Source: Candidatus Rariloculaceae bacterium (GTDB lineage Bacteria; Pseudomonadota; Gammaproteobacteria; Steroidobacterales; Rariloculaceae). Taken from it: a stretch of 64,000 nucleotides of DNA. The notes beneath the pieces are model-generated. The model worked only from the letters and a program-made list of their open reading frames with translations. It searched no databases and had not been told where the DNA came from. The position numbers and the translations under genes were made by a program. Below, piece after piece: positions 9,875 through 17,590 of this stretch (position 1 is the first letter of the stretch; each line of letters opens with the position of its first letter). The stretch lies in the NCBI GenBank assembly GCA_965262365.1, contig OZ253541.1, forward strand, positions 5,417,648 through 5,481,647, given 5' to 3'.

Positions 9875-10752
9875 CCGCCGAAATGGAGTGCCGCTATTAC
9901 GGACGCGACTTCACGGTGGAGGAAATGGCGCTGCTGCGCGCGCTCATCGCCGGGCTCCCCGCCCTGAACCGCTTCGCCCTGTCGAAAGAGTTCTGCCGGC
10001 GCATCGGCTGGTACAAGCCCGACGGCGGGCTCAAGGACATGATGGCGCGGGTCGCCATGCTGGCCATGCACCGTGACGGGCGCATCGCCCTGCCGCCGCC
10101 GAAGTGGGGACGCAACCCGGCCGTGCCAATCACGTTCGGGCCCGAAACCGACGCGCCGCTGGAACCGCCGCCCGTCACCCTCAATGAGGCGCGTCCGATC
10201 CGCCTGCGAACCGTGCTCGGGGCCACTCCCCAGAGCAAGCAGTGGAACGCGTTCATCGCCCGCTACCACTACCTCGGCTACAAGACCCTGGTCGGCGCGC
10301 AGATGCGCTACACCGTCCATGACCGCCACGGTCGCCTGCTGGCCCTGCTCGGCTTCTCCACCGCGGCACGGACACTCGCCCCGCGCGACCGCTTCATCGG
10401 CTGGACGCCGGCGCTGCGCCAGAAGAACCTGCCGCTGGTGATCGACAACGCCCGCTTCCTGATCCTGCCCTGGATCCGCATCCCCAACCTGGCCTCGCAC
10501 ATCCTGTCCGTCGTCTGCCGACAACTGCCCGGGCAGTGGACCGAGCGCTACAACACCTCGCCGGTGTTGATCGAAACCTTCGTGGAGACCCCGCGCTTCA
10601 CAGGCGCCACCTACAAAGCCTCGGGGTGGGTCAACGTCGGCACCACCCAAGGACGCGGGCGCTACGACCGCTACAAACAGTACGACAAGCCGAAAAAGGA
10701 CATCTGGCTTCGCCCCCTGCGCAAAGACTGGCAACGAACCCTCAACCGGTAG
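9871..10752 (+). CDS. DUF4338 (Druantia DruA-like) domain protein
   Basis: ATGA overlap with the transposase stop; FIARYHYLGY, NARFLILPW, NLASHIL, ETFVETPRFTGATYKASGW, GTTQGRGRYD. Confidence 0.8.
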   Translation: MTAEMECRYYGRDFTVEEMALLRALIAGLPALNRFALSKEFCRRIGWYKPDGGLKDMMARVAMLAMHRDGRIALPPPKWGRNPAVPITFGPETDAPLEPPPVTLNEARPIRLRTVLGATPQSKQWNAFIARYHYLGYKTLVGAQMRYTVHDRHGRLLALLGFSTAARTLAPRDRFIGWTPALRQKNLPLVIDNARFLILPWIRIPNLASHILSVVCRQLPGQWTERYNTSPVLIETFVETPRFTGATYKASGWVNVGTTQGRGRYDRYKQYDKPKKDIWLRPLRKDWQRTLNR

Positions 10753-10855
10753 GTCATCCGAACACCGATCAGGTTATCAGCCCTCCCTCGCTTGCACCGC
10801 GCTCACTGGATCGGCAAAAATCTCCGTCATCTATCCCCGCTTGACGGAACGGTTA

Positions 10856-11669
10856 TTGCGCCAGGGAAAGCCCTGGAGAGGAGAATGCTATGAATTGAAA
10901 CTGAAACCTCTCGTAGCGATCCAGCGGGTTCGACTCCCGCCCGGCAAAGGCGCAGCCCGCCAGCCGGAAGCAAGTCTTGCGTGGCGCGCGGCAACGCCCG
11001 TCGTGAAGCGTAGACAGCAGGTGATGAAGCGGCGGAGGAAGCCTCGAAATCGGAATCGATGACGCCTTCATTGTTAATCGTGTGGGGGCAGCACCGGAAG
11101 CGCCGCTATTGGTGAGGCGCAACGGGTCGTCCGGGGTCGTGGACCGGCGCAGAGTCACGGAATGGATCGCCTGGGAACCTGGGAGGTCCTGCTCACGCCC
11201 ACGGGCAACGACGCTGGAAGGGGATTGCCAGCATAAATCCAGACCCCGGCCCGTCGCCGGGCCTGCACGGCGGCGGGACCGCCCGATGCGGACACGAATT
11301 CCGACAGGCACCCGTGGAACCGGCTGGCGAAAACAATAAGCCGAAGGACATGCGAGGGCAGGAAGTCGTAGCGCCTTGATAGTACCTGTGAAGGCGGGGA
11401 ACCGTGGCCCTCGGGACCCGCTGGAGGGAAGCGGGGCGTCACTTGTACAGAGCCACTGATGGGAAACGCTGGAGGAAACGCTGAGTTCCACAAACACGTA
11501 CACGAAACAGCAGTGGATAGCCGAACAGGCGAGGGAGCGGTCTTCCTCAACCTGCGGATCAAGGACGAAACTCCTTGAGCGAACCTGTCAGGTGAGGAAC
11601 CGAGTGCGTCAATCGCGCACGCTCGGGTCTGCGGGGGGAGGGGCTCGGTAACGACCCCTCCTACCCGGC
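10856..11669 (+). ncRNA. ORF-less group II intron (IIB-like), copy 1
   Basis: 5' TTGCG; EBS1 loop TAATCGT at 11075-11081; domain V GAACCGAGTGCGTCAATCGCGCACGCTCGGGTC at 11597-11629; domain VI with GTAA loop and bulged A, ending CCTACCCGGC; repeated at 59081-59894. Confidence 0.9.
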
Positions 11670-11785
11670 CGCTCAAAGAGCCGACATGAGAGCGCTGTAA
11701 TTGGAATAAATCTGTATGCGGTTTGCTTACGAAGCAAAGTGGCCAAGAAGACTTAGCGACTAACCACGCCAATCTTTTTCCCATA

Positions 11786-11798
11786 AATCAATAAGTTA
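11786..11798 (+). promoter_or_regulatory. IHF consensus site
   Basis: AATCAATAAGTTA matches WATCAANNNNTTR in an AT-rich patch between two mobile elements. Confidence 0.4.
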
Positions 11799-11965
11799 TA
11801 AAATTCTGCACGGCTGTAAGTCGCGAGAACGGCCAAAAGCGAGGAGCCCCCGATACGAGACCCGCCAGGGATGGCGGGGCGAGTTCAAGCCCGCACGGCT
11901 GTACGCACGCGCCCCCGCGACTCGCTCTCTACAGGGAATTCCCGTTGCGGCGTCGCGGGCCTCGA

Positions 11966-11991
11966 TCAGGCCGAAGGCAACGCGTCGACGG
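11966..11991 (-). pseudogene. Detached original 3' end of the aldo/keto reductase gene
   Basis: Joining across the GACGG TSD gives ...MAETV-DALPSA-TGA (stop 11966-11968). Confidence 0.8.
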
Positions 11992-12185
11992 TGTTGTTGG
12001 TCAGACTAGACCGACACGGATTTGTCGGATTATCCGGTCACGGTTGAGGCCGGATTGGTCACATTGTTTTGCTTTTGCCGACCATCGCAGGCCGGTCGCC
12101 GCGACGGCGGTTGGGTGATGGAGGGGCACGACCCGGTCCGATCCGAAGGATCGGCCGGCGTTGGCGGGTCCGTTTGGGCGCGGAT

Positions 12186-12395
12186 TCAGAACGGGCGGGG
12201 TTCGCCGAACAGGTGCAGCTGGCGTTCGTGGCAGGACTCGGCGGGGCACGGGGGCGGCCGGATGGATTCTGCGTGGCGCCTGATCTGGCCGTAGTAGCGG
12301 CCTTCGAAGTCATAGGCGATGCGTTGCAGGCACTCGGCCATGTGCGCGGCGGCCTCGTCGCTGATCTGCTCGGGCCGGGGATCGGGATCGATCAT
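12186..12395 (-). CDS. Small transposon-associated hypothetical protein (69 aa)
   Basis: ATG overlaps the ATPase stop; MIDPDPRPEQISDEAAAHMAECLQRIAYDFEGRYYGQIRRH. Confidence 0.6.
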   Translation of the reverse strand: MIDPDPRPEQISDEAAAHMAECLQRIAYDFEGRYYGQIRRHAESIRPPPCPAESCHERQLHLFGEPRPF

Positions 12396-13192
12396 GGCCG
12401 CAGATCCTCGACGGCGCGGGCCAGGTGTTCGGCGTCCACGGTACGCGCTTGCTCGACCGCCGCGGCCGAGAGCGCGTAGTGGGCGATGCGGTTGATGAGC
12501 CGCGGCAGTCCGCGGGCGGCCTGGTACAGCGCCTCGATGGCGGGGGGATCGAACAGGGGCATTTCGCACCCGGCCAGGCGCAGCCGGTGGGCGAGGTAGG
12601 GGTCCAGTTCCTCGCGCTCCAGCCCGCGCAGGTGGTGTTGAACGATGAGTCGCTGTTGCATCGATTCGTGCACGGCCATGCTCAGGCGCCGGCGCAGTTC
12701 GGTCAGTCCGATGAGCACCAGGCACAGCCTGGGGGCGGAGTCCATGTCGAAGTTGGTCAGCAGCCTGAGGTCCTCGATCACGTCGGCTCTGAGGTGGTGA
12801 GCCTCGTCGATGACGAGCACCGGTTGTTGCTTGGCCTCCCCGACCAGGCGGGTGATCTCGGTCTGGATGGCGCGGTAGGCCGCGGCGCGGGCGTGCTCGG
12901 TAGGCAGGCCCAGTTCCCAGCCGATGCTCTTGTACATGTCCATCACGTTGCCGGTGGACAGCGCCACGTAGCACACCCGGAACAGCCCCGGGTGCAACGC
13001 ACCGGTGACGTGGCGGCACACGCTGGTCTTGCCGCTGCCGGACTCCCCGGTCAGCAGCCCGATACCGCGCAGATCGATGAGGTGCTTGAGCCGCGCCTCG
13101 GCCTCGCGATGGGAGCCGCAGCGGAACAGCTCGTCGGTGTGCGCGGGGGTTTCGAACGGCAGGCGGGTCAGGGCGAAGTGGCGCAGGTACAT
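12392..13192 (-). CDS. ExeA/TnsC-like AAA+ ATPase
   Basis: MYLRHFALTRLPF, Walker A GESGSGKT, Walker B VLVIDEAH, GLPRLIN. Confidence 0.9.
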   Translation of the reverse strand: MYLRHFALTRLPFETPAHTDELFRCGSHREAEARLKHLIDLRGIGLLTGESGSGKTSVCRHVTGALHPGLFRVCYVALSTGNVMDMYKSIGWELGLPTEHARAAAYRAIQTEITRLVGEAKQQPVLVIDEAHHLRADVIEDLRLLTNFDMDSAPRLCLVLIGLTELRRRLSMAVHESMQQRLIVQHHLRGLEREELDPYLAHRLRLAGCEMPLFDPPAIEALYQAARGLPRLINRIAHYALSAAAVEQARTVDAEHLARAVEDLRP

Positions 13193-14523
13193 CAGTCTTC
13201 CTCCTTCAGTCGGCGGATGCTCAGCGGCGAGCGCGGCGGTTGCGGCTCCCCGGGCTCGATGCGCCCGCAGCGGCGCTCGCGTTTCACGGCGGTGTTGGCG
13301 TAGGCGTCCAGCGGCGTGGCCAGGCCCGCGGGACGTCCCTCGTGCACCAGTTGCAGCGCCCGGGTGGGCGGGGCGGCCGGATCGTATCGCACGGTGACGG
13401 TTTGCCCGATGAGGATCGCGTCGGCCTCGTAGAGGCGCCCGTGCAGACTCAGGGTGCGGTCCTTGAGCACGCGGCGTTTGGTCTCGAACAGGAACAGCTC
13501 GTCCAGATCCAGCCCGGCGGCGTCCGGGTAGCGCACCTCGGCGGCGGTCCCGGCCCAGCGGTCCAGCGGGGTCTGACCGTCCAGTCCGCGGTGCGGGGAC
13601 TGATGGTATTCGCCCTCCACCCAGCCGGCCAGCGCACGGTTCAACGCCTCGATCCCGTCGATCGAGCCCACATCCAGATGGCGCAGCCAGCCGGCGCGCA
13701 GGGTGCGGAACCAGCGTTCGATCTTGCCCTTGCCGGCCGGTTGATACGGGCGGGCGTGGATGAGCGCAATGCCGAGCTTCGCGCACACCAGCGCGAGGTG
13801 GCGGGAGCGGTAATTCGCCCCGTTGTCCACGTAGAGGCGCTCGGTGAGTCCGCGGCGCAGCAGCGCGTGCTTGAACACCGGCAGGAACGCGGCGGTGTTC
13901 TCGGCGAAGGCGAACGCGGCGTGGGGAATGACGCGGGTGGCGTCGTCGATGAAGGCGATGAGGAAGGTCTTGCGCCGGCGGCGACCGTCAGGGACCTTCG
14001 GCCCGTGCATTACATCGCTCATCCAGAGTTGGCCCGCCCGGCGATAGTTGAAGCGGCGCCGGTCCGTGGCGGGTCCCTGCGCGGCGGCCCGGCCCGTCAG
14101 CCCCTCGCGGCGCAGCAACCGCTGCACGGTGGACGCCGAGGGCATCGCCGCCTCGCTCACCAGCCCGTGCTCGGCGGCGTGGGCGATGACCGCGCGCACG
14201 GAGTAGCCGGGGCGCCGGGTCTTGATCGCCACCAGCGCCTCGGCGACCTCCGCGGGCATGCGCCGGGGCCGGCCCAGGTCCGAGCGACGTTTCGGGTACA
14301 GCGCCTCGAAGCCACCGTAGCGGTACGTCACCAGCCACTTGCGTATCGTCTCCGCGGCCACCCGGGTGCGGTGCGTGCCGGGGATCGCGTAGGTCCCGGC
14401 GGCCTTTTCTTTCAGCTTCTCACCGATGCCGCGGGCGCCGCGGGGCAGGTGCGCCAAGTCCGCGATCAGCCCGTAGCGGAACAGCGCCACGGCCTCTCGC
14501 AGCTTCTCGTCGTGCTCGGTCAT
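13192..14523 (-). CDS. DDE transposase/integrase (rve core, Mu-like C-terminus)
   Basis: WMSDVMHG, FIDDATR, YVDNGANY, KGKIERWF, YHQSPHRGL. Confidence 0.9.
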   Translation of the reverse strand: MTEHDEKLREAVALFRYGLIADLAHLPRGARGIGEKLKEKAAGTYAIPGTHRTRVAAETIRKWLVTYRYGGFEALYPKRRSDLGRPRRMPAEVAEALVAIKTRRPGYSVRAVIAHAAEHGLVSEAAMPSASTVQRLLRREGLTGRAAAQGPATDRRRFNYRRAGQLWMSDVMHGPKVPDGRRRRKTFLIAFIDDATRVIPHAAFAFAENTAAFLPVFKHALLRRGLTERLYVDNGANYRSRHLALVCAKLGIALIHARPYQPAGKGKIERWFRTLRAGWLRHLDVGSIDGIEALNRALAGWVEGEYHQSPHRGLDGQTPLDRWAGTAAEVRYPDAAGLDLDELFLFETKRRVLKDRTLSLHGRLYEADAILIGQTVTVRYDPAAPPTRALQLVHEGRPAGLATPLDAYANTAVKRERRCGRIEPGEPQPPRSPLSIRRLKEED

Positions 14524-14570
14524 GGTCTCGGCGGCCTCCCCGGGGTCTTGCGCGGTTCACGGTGGCCACG

Positions 14571-15194
14571 TTAGCGCCTGCAAGCCGGTGGATCAGGCCC
14601 CGTCCCGTGTTGGACGACCGCCAGAGCGGTCCCCGGCGCCGGCACGTCAGGACAAAAGCCCAACGGCGGCGCCAGCCGCGCCAGGCGCCCCTCGCACCGC
14701 CCGCGCAGCCCCACCAGCACCGCCTCGGTCTTGAGCCGCTCCCGGAACGCCCCAACTTCCGGGGGACACTTCAGGAACCGCTCCGGCCACAGCCCCCGAA
14801 CCGCCGCCAGGTTCCGATGCACCGCCCGCACCCGGCGGCCCAGCCAGCGCATCGCCCCGGGCAGATGCACCGCGTCGCGCCGCAGCGCGTCGGCCGCCTT
14901 GGCGAGACTGGGCGCGGCCTCCGCCTCAACCACCGCCTCTTCGACCGCCTGCAGCGTGCCCCCCAGCCTCGCCGCCAGGCAATCCGGCAACCGGCTGAAC
15001 GTCATGTGACTCTCAGGACAGTACCAGCGGGCAACGCGCGTCCCGCGCGGGCGCTTGCGCGGGTAGGTCCCGTGGCGGGCGAAGGAACAACCGCCCCGCG
15101 GATGGTTCGGACACCGCTCAAGGGTTGCATCGCGCCATGCACGGCGTTTAACGTATTGCTCGCCGGTAAGCCCCGTTGGATACCGAAGCTGCAC
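14571..15194 (-). CDS. Transposon-associated hypothetical protein with a Cys/His cluster
   Basis: GTG start (VQLRYPTGLTGEQY); CPNHPRGGC..HG..WYCP; first gene of the element. Confidence 0.6.
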   Translation of the reverse strand: MQLRYPTGLTGEQYVKRRAWRDATLERCPNHPRGGCSFARHGTYPRKRPRGTRVARWYCPESHMTFSRLPDCLAARLGGTLQAVEEAVVEAEAAPSLAKAADALRRDAVHLPGAMRWLGRRVRAVHRNLAAVRGLWPERFLKCPPEVGAFRERLKTEAVLVGLRGRCEGRLARLAPPLGFCPDVPAPGTALAVVQHGTGPDPPACRR

Positions 15195-15305
15195 CGGCCA
15201 CGGCCCGGCGGGAATCGTCGTCCCGCGCGGGCCACCCTCCCTTTCCATCCAGGAAGCGCTCAGGTTAACCCAGTGCCCCGCCCCCACGTCGGTCGCGCCA
15301 GCACC

Positions 15306-15380
15306 GCGTTATCCACCGCCTGCCCACCGGCGACAGGGCTGACCAAGGGCCCGCGCCCGTGGACAGCCCGTGGATAACGC
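15306..15380. repeat. Extended inverted repeat / hairpin with DnaA-box-like arms
   Basis: GCGTTATCCAC (15306-15316) and GTGGATAACGC (15370-15380) are perfect complements; inner CTGCCCAC/GTGGACAG also pair. Confidence 0.7.
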
Positions 15381-15485
15381 TACGTCAACGCCGACTTGGC
15401 CGTGCCGGATTAATCCACCACGTCAGACGTTTCACCAGGAAGATAAACCGACCAAAAGGCTCGGTGGTTCAGTGAAAGAATGTGC

Positions 15486-16421
15486 CTAACAACAGACGGT
15501 TTCCGCCATCCGCTGCAGCGTTGCCGCGTCCGGAATTGCGCCCCTGCCGCCCATGAGGTTGTCCAACATGTTCGCCGGCCTGCTGGTCGCCGGGGTGATG
15601 ACGGTCACCGCCGGATGGGCTGCGACGTACTTGAGGAAGAACTGGGCCCAGGAAGTGGCGCCGAACTCCGCCGCCCATTCGGGCACGTCGCGTCCGGAAA
15701 CCCTGTTCCACAGCCTGGTACGTCCGAACGGCGCGTAAACCAGCACGCCGATGCCGCGGTCCTGCGCCAGCGGCAGGATCGTTTCCGCAGCCACGCGGTT
15801 GTCCACGGCGTAGTCCACGCCGATGAAGTCGATGGAATAGTCGCGCATGACCTGGACAAACTCGTCGTAGCGGCGATCGGTGGTACACGTGATGCCGGTG
15901 TAGCGCACCCGGCCTTGCGCCTTCAGTTCACTCAGGATTTCCAACTGCGTCGGCGGGTCGCCCAGGTTGTGGACTTGAATTAGGTCGATGGGCGTCTTCC
16001 GGATGCGTTCGAAAGATGTTTCGATCTGCTGCCATGCGCGATCGGGGTCCGCCGCCCCGCCTCCACGGGCGGCGACATTGAGCTTGGTGGCCCAGAAGAC
16101 GCGATCGTGGGCTTCCATGTCGTTTATTATCGATGCGGCCACCTCTTCGGAGACGCCGTAACCGGGTGCGGTGTCGAATACGCTGCCGCCGTTGTCCAGC
16201 AGCGTCGTCAACACGCCGCGCAGCGCCGTTACGTCGTCGCTGCGAGCCACTCTGGAAAACGTCGCCGAACTGCCCAGGCCGATGATGGGCAGTTCCTCGC
16301 CCGTCGAGGGGACCGCCCGGGTGATCATGGGCGCATCCTGGGCCTGCAACAATCGTGGATGGATTGCCAGAGCCGTGCCGGCGGCAGCAGTCAGCTTGAG
16401 CCATTCGCGTCGTGTGTACAT
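15486..16421 (-). CDS. Aldo/keto reductase with a Tat-like signal; last 6 codons replaced by transposon sequence
   Basis: MYTRREWLK; IGLGS, FDTAPGYG, WATK, IDLIQVHNL, YAPFG, ITPATS. Confidence 0.9.
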   Translation of the reverse strand: MYTRREWLKLTAAAGTALAIHPRLLQAQDAPMITRAVPSTGEELPIIGLGSSATFSRVARSDDVTALRGVLTTLLDNGGSVFDTAPGYGVSEEVAASIINDMEAHDRVFWATKLNVAARGGGAADPDRAWQQIETSFERIRKTPIDLIQVHNLGDPPTQLEILSELKAQGRVRYTGITCTTDRRYDEFVQVMRDYSIDFIGVDYAVDNRVAAETILPLAQDRGIGVLVYAPFGRTRLWNRVSGRDVPEWAAEFGATSWAQFFLKYVAAHPAVTVITPATSRPANMLDNLMGGRGAIPDAATLQRMAETVCC

Positions 16422-16558
16422 CGGGAGTCCTCCTCGGTTGGGCGAGTTGAGCCTACCCGAGCGGAAAAAGACGGGTCAACGAAGTTTCGTTAATATTTCT
16501 TTAGCCCGCGTCGGTGAGCTATTTCGGATAGCGTTAACGGGCCCCGTGGGACGGGCCC

Positions 16559-17584
16559 CTAGTTACCGGTTCTCTTTGCGCCCTGCAGGCTGGCCATACC
16601 CGGTGCGCGGCGTTCACGAAGCACGGCGCGGCGGAAGCGGAACAGTTCGGCCGGGCGGCCGCCGGTTTTTGCCGACCGCTGGCCGGTGCCTTCCACGAGG
16701 CCTGCGCTTTCGACCTGGCGCCTGAAATTCTGCTTGTGCACCTGCAGACCGGTCAGTGCTTCCACCACCCGCTGCAACTCCAGCAGGGTGAACCTGGGCG
16801 GAAGCAATTCGAATACCACCGGTCGATACCTGAGCTTGCCGCGAATCCGTCCCAGCCCCGTCGCCAGGATGCGGCGATGATCGAATGCCATGGATTCTCC
16901 CAGTACTTTATCGGGCGGCAACGGGTCGGCGCGGCCGCGATCGGTCCAGTATTCCGAGATCAGTCGCGCTTCATAGAGCAATTCATAGCGTTCGAGCACC
17001 TGGTAGGCGTCCCACCCGGCATTCCCGAGCCCGAAGCAGATTTCCACTCGCTCGCGCCGCTCCGCGTTGGCCCGGGACCAGTCCAGCAACGCGGCCTCGA
17101 TTTCGTCCATGATTCGCGGGCGGCCCTCCCGCCAGTCTTCCCACGGGAAATAGGCGTAGCAGTCCTGCCAACTGGAATTTTCCGCCCGGGAGAGGTCCTG
17201 CTCGCGCACCAGCGCCAGGTAACCCACTGACAGCATCCGGCTGCCGCCCGCGCGCTCGCGGGGATCGCGCCCCTGGTCGGCGAACGTATAGAGCTGCTCC
17301 ACGTACCCGAGTTCGCCCCGGGTTTTTTCCAGCACGGACCGGCGCATGCAAAGCTCCAGCGTGCGGTCATGCTTCTCGTCGAAGGAACCGAACGGCAGCG
17401 CTCGAGACGGATGCCACGAGTCCTTCCCGAAGAAACTCTCGCCCAATTCCCGGGCGCCGACCGTGAGCACACGCGGTTGATGGGCGGTGACGGCCAGAAC
17501 CACGGCATTCAAACCGACCACCAATTCCGGCTTGCGCGACCGCGCCGGCCCCTCGCCGGCCGAATGCAGCGGGGCCTTTGCCAC
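16559..17584 (-). CDS. nrtR: NrtR-family NUDIX/wHTH transcriptional regulator
   Basis: YVEQLYTFAD..RDP, FDHRRIL, FTLLELQRVVEAL, HKQNFRR, GGRPAELFRF. Confidence 0.8.
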   Translation of the reverse strand: MAKAPLHSAGEGPARSRKPELVVGLNAVVLAVTAHQPRVLTVGARELGESFFGKDSWHPSRALPFGSFDEKHDRTLELCMRRSVLEKTRGELGYVEQLYTFADQGRDPRERAGGSRMLSVGYLALVREQDLSRAENSSWQDCYAYFPWEDWREGRPRIMDEIEAALLDWSRANAERRERVEICFGLGNAGWDAYQVLERYELLYEARLISEYWTDRGRADPLPPDKVLGESMAFDHRRILATGLGRIRGKLRYRPVVFELLPPRFTLLELQRVVEALTGLQVHKQNFRRQVESAGLVEGTGQRSAKTGGRPAELFRFRRAVLRERRAPGMASLQGAKRTGN

Positions 17585-17590
17585 GGGCTG

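Larger units (their letters stand above)
7470..11670 (+). mobile_element. IS66-family element (transposase + DUF4338) whose right TIR is split by a group II intron
   Basis: Left TIR GGAACCGTTCCGTCAAGCGGGGAT (7470-7493); right TIR 10833-10855 plus 11670, reverse complement GTAACCGTTCCGTCAAGCGGGGAT (23/24). No 8-bp TSD found. Confidence 0.85.
11992..15494 (-). mobile_element. 3503-bp Mu/Tn7-like (TnsB/TnsC-type) transposon with four ORFs
   Basis: Ends TGTTGTT...AACAACA; 5-bp TSD GACGG at 11987-11991 and 15495-15499. Confidence 0.9.

Noticed and set aside
7462-11678. 8-bp TSD for the IS66 element
   Set aside because: Flanks TACGGAGA and GCTCAAAG do not match.
10853-11784. ORFs inside the intron (10853-11503, 11082-11339, 11155-11784 and their copies near 59.1-59.7 kb)
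   Set aside because: No RT motifs; they are chance frames across structured RNA.
11858-11880. Hairpin CCCGCCA-GGGA-TGGCGGG as a terminator
   Set aside because: No U-tract on either side, so its function cannot be supported.
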